Origin: a virus
DNA: 64,000 bases
IMG/VR virus record: IMGVR_UViG_3300049434_000014
Coordinates: 89,456-153,455 of that record
Direction: 5' to 3' (one strand)
Below the pieces are notes generated by a model. That model was not told where the DNA came from and made no database searches. It worked only from the letters and a program-made list of their open reading frames with translations. A program made the translations under genes and the position numbers. Position 1 is the stretch's first letter; each line of letters begins with the position of its first letter. This document shows, one piece after another, positions 17,565 to 26,780 of the stretch.

Positions 17565-17862
17565 GACAAGCCAAGCCGCATCCAGACGCGCCACCGCGCT
17601 TCGACTATTCGTGTCAGATCTATCCATCTCCTTCGACCAGCCGTGTCGCGATCATGTCGCTTCCTAGTCCTTTCGACCTGTCGCTACGTTGCGCTTCTTG
17701 GCATATCCACACCGACCATGCGCGCCGCGACCTTACAAATCCTCTCGCCCTGACGAGTCTCCACGCGGCTCTACAATACTCATCATTCTGACAAGTCTTC
17801 ACGCGGCTCTACAATACTCATCATTCTGACTAGCCAAACCGGTACATACCATTTCGCACGAC
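17565..17862 (+). repeat. Pentamer-phased GAC-(NNNYC)n array 4 (8 units), directly downstream of the RAMP gene
   Basis: gac aagcc aagcc gcatc cagac gcgcc accgc gcttc | gac tattc gtgtc agatc tatcc atctc cttc | ... | gac ctgtc gctac gttgc gcttc ttggc atatc cacac c. Confidence 0.92.
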
Positions 17863-17871
17863 TGAGGACTA

Positions 17872-18993
17872 ATGTCTACTGAGCCTTGGACTTTACGATA
17901 CCGACCACGCAAGTTTTCTGATGTTACTGGTCAGAAGGCGGTTCGGTTGGTGCTGCAGCGAATGGTCGTCACGGGTGACGTCCGCTCAGCTTTGCTGTTT
18001 CATGGTTCACACGGTTCAGGTAAGACTTCCATGGCACGGATACTTGCTGCCGCTTTGAATTGCGAAGCTGAGGATCCCGCTGCTCGCCCGTGCGGTGTGT
18101 GTGCGATTTGCGATTCGACAGCGCATGGCCGGTCTGCTGATGTCACGGAAATCGATGCTGCATCGTCCGGGCTCGCTGCGGATATGCGCGCGTTGCGCGA
18201 GACGGTGCGTTTCGCTGCTCAGGCTCGCTATCGTGTGGTGATCCTCGATGAGTGTCACGCTATGTCGCCTACGGGCTTTCAGACTTTGTTGAAGACTTTA
18301 GAGGAGCCTCCTGCCAACACGGTGATCATTCTCGTGACTACTGTCCTCGACAAGGTTCCGGACACGATCGTGTCTCGGTGTTTGTCGTTGGAGTTTCGTC
18401 GGTTGACGGAAGAGCAGATCGCTGGTCGACTGGCTCAGATCTCTGAGGCTGAGGGCCTTGAGCTGGCCCCTGCGCTTGCCAGGTCGGTTGCTGCCCGCTC
18501 GAGGGGGATCGCCCGTGACGCTGTCTCTCTGCTTGAGCAATGTGCTCTTGTGCGTGTACGGACTCCTGAGCAGCTGGCGGTTTTACTAGGCGACGATGAC
18601 CATGGGATCGCGATCCTGCGTGCGCTGGTCGGTCCTCCTGGTCATATGTCGCCAGGAGCCAATCACCCCTCAGATTTTTCTGTGGCATTCGGGTGTATTG
18701 AGAGCGCTCTGGCCACCTTGCCCTCACCGGGTGAGGTGGTGGCCGCGCTCGTGCGGACGCTGAAGCGGTTGCTGATTTTGACCTCTGGCGGGGATGGATC
18801 TTTCATGCATCCTCCTAGTACTGCGGGCGAAGTGGCTCTAGCTGGGCTTTTGGACTCAGCACGGTGTGTTACCGCGATGAGAGTAGTTTGGGAGTATTAT
18901 TCTAAAGTCGCACCGGTTGCTGATGCTTATGCAGCTATGGATCTTTTGGTAACGCTTTTGAGTCAGGCTCTTAAGTCGTCTTCTCGTACGTAG
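17872..18993 (+). CDS. dnaX: DNA polymerase III gamma/tau clamp-loader subunit
   Basis: RYRPRKFSDVTGQ, Walker A GSHGSGKTS, PCGVC Zn site, ILDECH, LLKTLEEPP, TIVSRC. Confidence 0.93.
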   Translation: MSTEPWTLRYRPRKFSDVTGQKAVRLVLQRMVVTGDVRSALLFHGSHGSGKTSMARILAAALNCEAEDPAARPCGVCAICDSTAHGRSADVTEIDAASSGLAADMRALRETVRFAAQARYRVVILDECHAMSPTGFQTLLKTLEEPPANTVIILVTTVLDKVPDTIVSRCLSLEFRRLTEEQIAGRLAQISEAEGLELAPALARSVAARSRGIARDAVSLLEQCALVRVRTPEQLAVLLGDDDHGIAILRALVGPPGHMSPGANHPSDFSVAFGCIESALATLPSPGEVVAALVRTLKRLLILTSGGDGSFMHPPSTAGEVALAGLLDSARCVTAMRVVWEYYSKVAPVADAYAAMDLLVTLLSQALKSSSRT

Positions 18994-18995
18994 TC

Positions 18996-19038
18996 GACTA
19001 ATCCCTATCACTTCGCTACTACTCTGATCGTCTCCGAC
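18996..19038 (+). repeat. Single-unit copy of the GAC-pentamer element
   Basis: gac taatc c ctatc acttc gctac tactc tgatc gtctc c gac, right after the dnaX stop. Confidence 0.65.
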
Positions 19039-19066
19039 GTTTCTTTGGCGTGTCGAACATTGCTGT

Positions 19067-19570
19067 GTGACGCAGCTTTATCCGGTACCTGATCAGGACA
19101 ATCTGCCTGTCTTGCAGGACCCTGACGCGACCGCGTTTGATGAGCTTCCTGAGACGATGTGGAATCTTCCCGCTGCTATTGCGGATGATTCCATGCGGGA
19201 TTTGCACGCGCAGCTCATTCGTGGGTTGCGTCGTGATGCTGCGCATTTGCCTACGGGCACGCTGCAGAGCATGCAGCTGGAGCGCATTGCGTATTACTAC
19301 ATCTTGATTCGCTACCGTGATCACACAAACACGTGGTCTTCTCCACGTGACCGGTTGGCGACTTATAAGTTATGGCGTGATCTATCGTCTGACTTTAATT
19401 CTGTGGCGTACGGAAATAAGATCTCTCCTGAGGATCTCCATGCCATTGTTGCTTCTCATACTGCCAAGCTTGTGGCGGGCGTTTTGCGCTCTATGCCGCA
19501 CAATGAGGCACGACCTCTCTACGCGAAGTTCGCCGCAGCCCTGGACTCCTCCCCAGCCGCCAGCGAGTGA
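19067..19570 (+). CDS. Hypothetical helical protein
   Basis: 167 aa ORF; no function recognised. Confidence 0.65.
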   Translation: MTQLYPVPDQDNLPVLQDPDATAFDELPETMWNLPAAIADDSMRDLHAQLIRGLRRDAAHLPTGTLQSMQLERIAYYYILIRYRDHTNTWSSPRDRLATYKLWRDLSSDFNSVAYGNKISPEDLHAIVASHTAKLVAGVLRSMPHNEARPLYAKFAAALDSSPAASE

Positions 19571-19631
19571 TCCCGAATATTCAGGTGTCCTGAGCATTCT
19601 TTTTGAGCCACCGACCCCGCGAGGTATTGAC

Positions 19632-20183
19632 ATGACCCGAGGGGGAGATATCGTTCGCGATACGACAGAAGATCGACGCATTGCTTTGGCACATGCTGTC
19701 GCTCTGCACACTCCCAGATTTAAGGGGAGTGAAAGTAATAACAAGGCTGTTCGTCTGACAGCCTCGGAGTTGTTTAACTTTTTGTCTGGGCCGGTTGCTA
19801 TGCGGCTCACTATCGGACCGGTGCTTGATCAGATCACCGGCCTTCCAACAGGAACAACAGTAGGAGGACCAGTGACTCAGCTTCGCGATACCGAGCAGTT
19901 CAGCTTGAGCGTTGATGTTTCCGATGCAAAGGGCGCTGCGATTGGCGACCAGCCAGGCATTGAAGATGACATCAGCTGGACCGTAGACAATGGTGACGTA
20001 GCGACTCTGCAGGTTAGTGCGGATTCTCGCGAGTGCACCGTCGTCGCGGGCACGGTGGGCTCTGCCGTTGTGACTGTGGCTTTGGGTGAGTTGTTTGCCA
20101 CCTTGGCCGTCGATGTCATTCCGGGTTCGGCTTCGGTCCTGACGATCAATGAGGGTCCGATCGAGCCGCAGCCGTCTGTGTGA
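19632..20183 (+). CDS. Virion protein with C-terminal Ig-like domain (second in-frame start at 19872)
   Basis: gaggt SD at ATG 19632; aggagg SD at GTG 19872; ISWTVDNGDVAT..VVAGTVGSAVVTV is Big-2-like. Confidence 0.65.
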   Translation: MTRGGDIVRDTTEDRRIALAHAVALHTPRFKGSESNNKAVRLTASELFNFLSGPVAMRLTIGPVLDQITGLPTGTTVGGPVTQLRDTEQFSLSVDVSDAKGAAIGDQPGIEDDISWTVDNGDVATLQVSADSRECTVVAGTVGSAVVTVALGELFATLAVDVIPGSASVLTINEGPIEPQPSV

Positions 20184-20211
20184 TCGTGTTATCCAGGTAG
20201 CGAGAGGAGGG

Positions 20212-20559
20212 GTGTGGACGGTGCGTTATCGCCGAGATGTACCACGTGACGATACTGATATTAATTCAGTGGTCGAGCATGTTCGGATGCACTTGGCTGG
20301 TGCCGTCTCCCACAACGACGACCCTTCTGATCGCCTTGCTGACGTCACCGTCGAGGTTCTCGACCACCTCGACGGTGACGTTGGTCAGCTCTCTGTGATT
20401 GGTGAGATTGACGGGGAGCCGGACGCGCCTTACTTGTATCCGGATTTTGATCCTTCTGCAGACCATCCTGAGATTGTGTTCGTTCCGTTCGAGCAGCCTG
20501 ATCTGGGCCGGTTTGCCGACCATAGTGAGGGAGGCCGTCATGAGCGTTGGCTTCGCTAA
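20212..20559 (+). CDS. Acidic hypothetical protein
   Basis: gaggagg SD. Confidence 0.6.
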   Translation: MWTVRYRRDVPRDDTDINSVVEHVRMHLAGAVSHNDDPSDRLADVTVEVLDHLDGDVGQLSVIGEIDGEPDAPYLYPDFDPSADHPEIVFVPFEQPDLGRFADHSEGGRHERWLR

Positions 20560-21478
20560 TGCTGTAGCGGACGGACTTCGACATAATGGTGTTGTTGTGT
20601 CGTTTGAGCCTGGCTGGGAGACTCGAGGCAACGGGTACACGTTTCCTAATGGCCGTCCGCAGGGATTGATAACTCACCACACAGGTTCAGATTACGGCAC
20701 TGGACTTTCTATTCTTGTTAATGGCCGTTCTGACTTGGATCCACCACTGTGCAATTGCTGCACCTATCCTGATGGTCGGATTCACATCATTGCGGCTCAA
20801 CCAGCTAATCATGCTGGCGCGGCTGCGGGTAAGTCTCTCGGCCCGTTCACTCCCGGTGGATTGTTCAATCCTCGGGTGTGGGGCAACGAGGTTATGTACC
20901 CAGGTACTTTGCCGTGGACGAAACAGCAGTATCGTTCGGCTCGTGTACTCGGTGCTGTTATTTGTGGAATTCTCGGATACAAAGATGCTGAGCATGTTCG
21001 TGGGCATTATGAGACCTCCGGCGAGGGTAAGTGGGATCCGGGCATTGGTCAGGGTTCCGGTCTGAGTTTTCCCATGGCTGTGTTCCGATCTGAGACGTGG
21101 TCGGCTGTTGCTCATGAAATATCAGAAGTAGGCTACGAGGAGGATGAGATGATTCCTTTCGAGATCTCCGGTAAGGGACGAAAGGTAATCATTTGTCCTA
21201 CCGGATCAATGGCTGCTAATAACCGCAGGGCTTGGTTGTCGGCCGCGTGTGCTGCGGTAAACGGGCCAGCTTGGATTCAGGTTTATGCACAGGGGGCTAC
21301 TGATGGTATTAATCCATGGCGGTGGACAGAGAAGGAATTGACGCCTTCTCCACAGAATCTTGTGAAGCGAGTAGTTGAACCGTTAAAGGACAAGACGACT
21401 CACTTGGTTGTGTCGTGGGATCTCACTAACTGCCCTGAGGGTGGTTCTCTGTTGCTGGAGACATTGCCAGGTGTCTGA
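20540..21478 (+). CDS. Endolysin, N-acetylmuramoyl-L-alanine amidase (Amidase_2)
   Basis: GWETRG, ITHHTG, ANHAG, GNE, VRGHYE..GKWDPG. Confidence 0.88.
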   Translation: MSVGFANAVADGLRHNGVVVSFEPGWETRGNGYTFPNGRPQGLITHHTGSDYGTGLSILVNGRSDLDPPLCNCCTYPDGRIHIIAAQPANHAGAAAGKSLGPFTPGGLFNPRVWGNEVMYPGTLPWTKQQYRSARVLGAVICGILGYKDAEHVRGHYETSGEGKWDPGIGQGSGLSFPMAVFRSETWSAVAHEISEVGYEEDEMIPFEISGKGRKVIICPTGSMAANNRRAWLSAACAAVNGPAWIQVYAQGATDGINPWRWTEKELTPSPQNLVKRVVEPLKDKTTHLVVSWDLTNCPEGGSLLLETLPGV

Positions 21479-21525
21479 GGTCGAATCCTTTGAGTAGGTC
21501 CCCTTTGCGAGGAGTGATATACAAG

Positions 21526-21858
21526 ATGGCTGAGTCAACCCGTAGGGCTGGTACCCCTACCAATACTTCTTCTGTTCGTGCGCACGATGATTCATCCGAA
21601 GAGCGTACTTCGCTGCGCAAGGATGAGGACAAGCCAAAGCCTCTTGCGGAGCGGACGTTTGAGGATCACTTTGGCGAGACTGCTGAATTGCAGGATCATC
21701 GTGTCTTTGACAAGACTGTGTTGGTCGAGCGCGAAGGCGTTACCGTGATGACGGATAGTCCTCGTGAGGGGGATCTGCCGCTCGGGATCGCTCAGGAGAT
21801 TAAGGCGCAGGAGCAGGTCGAGGATCAGAAGAAGGAGACTCGCCGCTCTAATGGCTGA
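21526..21858 (+). CDS. Hypothetical protein
   Basis: ggagga upstream; charged ORF. Confidence 0.55.
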   Translation: MAESTRRAGTPTNTSSVRAHDDSSEERTSLRKDEDKPKPLAERTFEDHFGETAELQDHRVFDKTVLVEREGVTVMTDSPREGDLPLGIAQEIKAQEQVEDQKKETRRSNG

Positions 21859-22234
21859 TCTCGCTGCGGCGCTGGAGAAGTTGACTGCGGTCGCTTCTCC
21901 AGCTATGTCATACAATACCGACCTGATTCGTCAGGCTTGGAATACTGTGACGCGCAAGCGTAGAAACGATGCTATTGCTAGCTCATCTTCACCGGAGCCG
22001 ATTCCGTATTCTTATGTGGACCAGTTGTGGTCAGATCACATCATTGTGCGCTTGGATGACGATAGCAGTATCAGTGGCTATCTGCGTGTGCCTTTCACGG
22101 TGAATGCACCGGGCGTTGGTATCGAAGATGTGGTGTTCGGGACACCAGAGAAGGTACGTGAGGTGTTTGTCGCTGCTTCGGCGCGTAGTCGTGAGCAGTC
22201 GTTGAATCGAGTTTTACTGGCTGCTAGCGATTAG
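21851..22234 (+). CDS. Hypothetical protein
   Basis: Overlaps upstream stop. Confidence 0.55.
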   Translation: MADLAAALEKLTAVASPAMSYNTDLIRQAWNTVTRKRRNDAIASSSSPEPIPYSYVDQLWSDHIIVRLDDDSSISGYLRVPFTVNAPGVGIEDVVFGTPEKVREVFVAASARSREQSLNRVLLAASD

Positions 22235-22246
22235 AGGGATCCACCC

Positions 22247-22537
22247 ATGGCATGGTCACGACAGGGGACTGGGCGCCCTACTGCAGCTAGTAGCTCATCT
22301 GCAGACAACCTCGCTGGACTTAAGTTAAAGAATGATCCCACTCTGCCTTCCACCCATCAGGCCGTTCAGACTCCTGATGGTAAGCGGGTGGGTGTGGTGA
22401 AGAAGGTTGGCGGCAAGTTTACCGGTAGCCACGATAATCATACGGCTAAGTTCGATTCTCCGCACGCTGCCGTCCGGGCGATGGCTGCAGCAAAGAAGAC
22501 GGCATCTAAGAAAGGCAGTGCTGTTCCTGCCAAGTAG
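22247..22537 (+). CDS. Basic hypothetical protein
   Basis: gaggg SD; Lys/Ala-rich. Confidence 0.6.
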   Translation: MAWSRQGTGRPTAASSSSADNLAGLKLKNDPTLPSTHQAVQTPDGKRVGVVKKVGGKFTGSHDNHTAKFDSPHAAVRAMAAAKKTASKKGSAVPAK

Positions 22538-22562
22538 CATTCTGTAGTGGGTAGAACGTTTT

Positions 22563-23231
22563 ATGTTACTTACTGTGCATGGTACTTTGGCGTGTTTTCG
22601 ACCGCGTTGTGAGCCTGTTCCTGTGCGTCTCGCGGGCCTGCCCTGGGGTTCTGTCTTAGATCTCCCGGCAGCGGCTCTGCAGCCCGTACAGGCTGCAGCA
22701 GCCTTGTTTGCTGAGGAGTGGCCTGTTGCAGCTGGCTGCATGGAAGCGATAGAGATCGTAGATAGTTTGACTGCTGAAGGTGCTGCTTCATCTGATGTGG
22801 CGTGTTCGATCACTGATTCGAGACTTGGCCGTGTAAGTTCTCGTGTTCAGATGTTGCTTTCGTTGTTCCTGGATCCCAATGCAGACCAACGGTTGCATGA
22901 CTGGAATGCCAGCGGAGACATAGTCTCGTCTGGTAGAGATGGCATCGTGTGGCATGAGTTCGGACACAGCTTGCTAAATCTGCTAGTCCTGCGAGTCAAT
23001 CCCTCGGCTCGCTCTGCGGAGTCAGCAGCTAAATTGATCGTGACTCGAGCTTTGTCTGCGATAACGACTGTTGACATCGCGCTTGCATCAACGAAGTTGT
23101 CTCGACAGGCTGGACGTTCTTGTGAGGAGTTTATTGCTGAGGCGATGGCTGACTTTGGCGTTCATGGACACAGGGCACACTATATTTCAGTAGCAGTTGC
23201 GTCGGTGCTAGCTGAGTTGTGGAAGGAATAA
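22563..23231 (+). CDS. HExxH metallopeptidase-like protein
   Basis: VWHEFGH plus downstream EEFIAEAMA. Confidence 0.65.
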   Translation: MLLTVHGTLACFRPRCEPVPVRLAGLPWGSVLDLPAAALQPVQAAAALFAEEWPVAAGCMEAIEIVDSLTAEGAASSDVACSITDSRLGRVSSRVQMLLSLFLDPNADQRLHDWNASGDIVSSGRDGIVWHEFGHSLLNLLVLRVNPSARSAESAAKLIVTRALSAITTVDIALASTKLSRQAGRSCEEFIAEAMADFGVHGHRAHYISVAVASVLAELWKE

Positions 23232-23237
23232 TAACAC

Positions 23238-25088
23238 GTGGTTCGACCTCCAGAGGTTGGCTTTAGTGCTAGTGATTGGTTGCTTGCACAAGCCGAGGCT
23301 GTGGAGGAGGCTGCTCCGGATGCTAATTCGTTATTGACAGATGTGTTTGCTGAAGAGCCAGTTCCCCTGGATGTGTTCATCCAGGACAAGAAGTTTATCG
23401 GAATGTCAGCTCTGTCGGGTCCGCAGTACTCTGCGCTTCGCGCTACCGAGCGTATTTATTATTCGGGGATCTACGCTTCGATGGCTGCGGAGTTCGATGC
23501 GTACTGGGCTCCCATCCCGATGGTGAACTTCTTGACTTTGTTGGTCGGTAAGGGTGGAGGCAAGGACCTACTTGCTCGGCTGGCCAGTCTGCGAATTGCC
23601 TACTTGCTTCTCTGTTTGAAGGATCCGAAGTCGTATTTCGGATTCCCGTCTGATGAGTCGATTCACATGCTTAATGTGGCGTCGACCAAAGACCAAGCTC
23701 GTCTTGCGTTCTTCGAGCCTATGACACGAATTGTCGCACGAGGTTGGTTTAAGCATCGTTGCAATCCGCTACGCGCGGTCATTGAGTGGGAGAAGGGCAT
23801 TACCTCGATCTCTGGATCGTCGGATGCTGAGACGCAGGAAGGTTTGAATCTCTTACTCGGTGTGGCTGACGAGGTGGATGCTTTCCGTACGGCTGAGGAA
23901 GTGTTGAGACATTCAGGTCCGTCTCAGCGGGCGCCTATGCGTTCGGCTGAGGGCATCATTAAGATGATGCGAACGTCGTCTCTTACGCGATTCCCACAGA
24001 CATTTAAGAACTTACGGATCTCTTACCCTCGTTATTATGGATCTCCTATTCTGCAACTTCACGCTGCAGCTATGGAGAACATTGCGAAAAAGGGCGAAAA
24101 CTCACGACATTTTGTGGTCGGTCCGATGCCGTCGTGGGAGTTTAATCCGCTACTAGCCCGGTCGGATTTCATTACAATCCCGCAGTCTCCCATCCCGGTT
24201 CCTATCGAGTTGGTAGAAGACTTCGAGAATGATCCTGACTGGTCACGGGCCGCGTATCTGTGCAGACCCGCACGTACAAGGCTTCCTCCATACTTTCGTA
24301 ATGAGACAGTGATCGATGCTGCTCTCATTGAGATGCCTGATGTCACGGTTAACTGGGAGCTGATGCGCGGCGCTTGGCATGCGACGTTTGCGATCCCTCG
24401 TGAGTTGCAGCCTGTTGAGGGTGCGGTCTATGCCTGCCATGCAGACCTCGCGTTAACGGGCGACCGCTGCGGGTTCGCTATGTCTCATGTTGTGTCGTGG
24501 GATCATTATGAGCAGCGTGATGCTGATACGGGAGATAAGATTCGTTACGAGGATCTCCCTGTGGTGCGGGTTGATATTGCTTTGACGCTCGAGGCCGACT
24601 TGCGCGCGGATCCTCCTCGAGAGATTCAGTTGCGAGCGGTGCGTCAGCTCATCTTCGAGTTGCGCAATCGTGGGTTCGGTATCGCTTGGGCGTCGTTGGA
24701 TGGTTGGCAGTCACAAGATACGAAGCAAGCATTGATTGTAGCTGGCATAGAATCATCCATCGTTAGTATGGATAAGACTGAGGAGCCTTATCGACTGTTA
24801 CGTTCTATGGTTGAAGAGGCACGGGTAACTATGCCGTCTTCTTTGCTTCTACGTGCTGAGATTCGTGGGCTGCAGCAAGATCCTCGCACTCGCAAGATCG
24901 ACCATCAACCGGGCGATGGGAGTAAGGATCTGTCGGATGCGGTGTGTGGGTCTGTGTGGGGAGCGGTGGCTTCTGGAGGACAAGAGGTGACGACGGACGA
25001 AGTCTCTAGCGACGACTTCTGGACGTCGTCGCCGATCGCTGCCCCGGTCGGTGCTGAGGCTGCATGGTGTTCGCTTTTTGCGCACTGA
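23238..25088 (+). CDS. terL: Terminase large subunit
   Basis: GKGGGKD Walker A, VADEVD Walker B, ISYPR, nuclease HADLA/DGWQS/KDLSDA; upstream of portal. Confidence 0.9.
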   Translation: MVRPPEVGFSASDWLLAQAEAVEEAAPDANSLLTDVFAEEPVPLDVFIQDKKFIGMSALSGPQYSALRATERIYYSGIYASMAAEFDAYWAPIPMVNFLTLLVGKGGGKDLLARLASLRIAYLLLCLKDPKSYFGFPSDESIHMLNVASTKDQARLAFFEPMTRIVARGWFKHRCNPLRAVIEWEKGITSISGSSDAETQEGLNLLLGVADEVDAFRTAEEVLRHSGPSQRAPMRSAEGIIKMMRTSSLTRFPQTFKNLRISYPRYYGSPILQLHAAAMENIAKKGENSRHFVVGPMPSWEFNPLLARSDFITIPQSPIPVPIELVEDFENDPDWSRAAYLCRPARTRLPPYFRNETVIDAALIEMPDVTVNWELMRGAWHATFAIPRELQPVEGAVYACHADLALTGDRCGFAMSHVVSWDHYEQRDADTGDKIRYEDLPVVRVDIALTLEADLRADPPREIQLRAVRQLIFELRNRGFGIAWASLDGWQSQDTKQALIVAGIESSIVSMDKTEEPYRLLRSMVEEARVTMPSSLLLRAEIRGLQQDPRTRKIDHQPGDGSKDLSDAVCGSVWGAVASGGQEVTTDEVSSDDFWTSSPIAAPVGAEAAWCSLFAH

Positions 25089-25103
25089 TTTCCGACGAGA
25101 GGG

Positions 25104-26780
25104 TTGGTAGTGGCTACGGCTCAAACGTTGGAAATGGCGAAGCCTACGAAGCGTGATCTAGACACTGAGATTGGTGTTCAGATTCGTGGGATGCCGTTCT
25201 CGGAAGCGTTCGCAGGGTCAGATCATGTTTTGATTCGTTCGTCTGAACCTACGGTTAAGCAACTTGTTGAGATGCGTCGCAATGATGGTCAGGCCCGTGG
25301 CCTGTTTCGTCTGTTGACCATGCCGGTCCGGGCTGCCGCGAAGCGGGCGACGTGGGTGCCTGCTGACGGTGGGGATAAAGAGGCGAAGTTCGCGGAGGAG
25401 TTGTTGACGACTCCGTTCGTGCTGGGCGGCATGAAGACGTCGTTTCAGCGGGTGGTTGCTCAGATGCTGCTTGCGGTGATGGATGGGTTCTCACCGTTTG
25501 AGTTGGTGTATACGATCCCGAAGAAGGGACCGTTGAAGGGCAAGATTGCGTTGTCTAAGATTGCTTATCGTCCTTCAGAGACCATTCAGTTCCTGGTAAA
25601 CGATGTGGGAGATTTCGAGGGACTGCGTCAGCGTACTACCGCACCTGGCGGTCGGTATATTGATGAGAAGATCGATGCTGATCATTCTTTGTATTACGCG
25701 TGCGGTGATGAGGAGAATCCGTTCTATGGAGTCTCGTACTTTAATGCGGCTTTCTATCATTACGACAAGAAGATTAAGCTCTACTATCTTGCACACTTGG
25801 CCGCTCAGCACCGCGCAGTCGGCTCGCGGGTCGGCAAGTACCCCACGTCTGCATCCCCCAATGAGATTGCTCAGTTCCGCAAGGCCCTCTCAGACTTTGG
25901 TCTCGCCCAGGCAATGTCGTTTCCTGACAAGGGATGGACGGTCGAGGAGTTAGGTCTGCGGATCGGTGACTTCCCGTTTATGGACTTTGTAAACCATCAC
26001 AACTCACAGATGTCGAAGTCGGTACTTGCCCCGTTCTTAGATGATGCTCAGGGTGGGCAGAAGTCTTTGGTGGACTTCGGCGGGCAGTCGGACTCGATGT
26101 ATCATACATTGATTAATGTGTTGGTCGCTGAGTTGGAGACGTTGATTAATGAGACTTTGGTCCCTCGCTTCATCGACTGGAATTTCGGCACTGATAAGTA
26201 TCCGCAGATCAAGTTCGGTTCGTTTACTGATGAGCAGAAAAAGTCGATCAATGACACCTTCGATAAGCTGGCTACGGCTGGCACTAATGCCAATGTGACG
26301 CGTCCGTTCCTGTTGGAGCTGGAGATGCGTATGGCTGAGGAGATGGGTCTGGAGATTGACTACAAGAAGATCGAGGAGGCGCTAAAGAAGCAGGAGGAAT
26401 TGACGCTTCAGCACTTTATGGACGAGGCGGCTATTCCTCCGATGGAGCGTCCGTTTCAGGCGGTTGGTGCGCAGGCTGCGGATCAGCAGCAGGGGGCTGC
26501 GCAGAATGCTCAGTGGATGCCTGGCCCGCAGCCTGGGATGATGCCTGGGGCTCCCCCACCACCTCCTGGCAAGCCTGGCGGTGGGCCTCCTGGCGCGGCT
26601 GCACGCGGTGTTCCCGGCAAGTCGGGTAAGCCTGGGGCACAGCCTGTTTATCCTGCGTTACCGTCGAAGCTGTCGGCCGCACGGGCTTCTGAGACGTGGC
26701 TTCACGATGATGCTCCGTTGGCGTTGTCGTGGGCTGAGTTCCGTGAGGTTGAAGACTCGCTTGCGGTGTTACGGACGTGA
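25104..26780 (+). CDS. Portal protein (DUF935-like)
   Basis: Position after terL; DGFSPFELVY, NPFYGVS, LVPRFIDWNFG; Pro/Gly tail. Confidence 0.85.
   Translation: MVVATAQTLEMAKPTKRDLDTEIGVQIRGMPFSEAFAGSDHVLIRSSEPTVKQLVEMRRNDGQARGLFRLLTMPVRAAAKRATWVPADGGDKEAKFAEELLTTPFVLGGMKTSFQRVVAQMLLAVMDGFSPFELVYTIPKKGPLKGKIALSKIAYRPSETIQFLVNDVGDFEGLRQRTTAPGGRYIDEKIDADHSLYYACGDEENPFYGVSYFNAAFYHYDKKIKLYYLAHLAAQHRAVGSRVGKYPTSASPNEIAQFRKALSDFGLAQAMSFPDKGWTVEELGLRIGDFPFMDFVNHHNSQMSKSVLAPFLDDAQGGQKSLVDFGGQSDSMYHTLINVLVAELETLINETLVPRFIDWNFGTDKYPQIKFGSFTDEQKKSINDTFDKLATAGTNANVTRPFLLELEMRMAEEMGLEIDYKKIEEALKKQEELTLQHFMDEAAIPPMERPFQAVGAQAADQQQGAAQNAQWMPGPQPGMMPGAPPPPPGKPGGGPPGAAARGVPGKSGKPGAQPVYPALPSKLSAARASETWLHDDAPLALSWAEFREVEDSLAVLRT

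Noticed and set aside
17565-17862. Canonical CRISPR array next to a Cas7-like gene
   Set aside because: No 23-47-nt conserved repeat. Only GAC and every fifth base are conserved, so it was annotated as a novel repeat rather than CRISPR.
19317-19631. N-terminal extension of the 288-aa ORF
   Set aside because: Overlaps gene 19067-19570; the promoter motif and SD point to ATG 19632.
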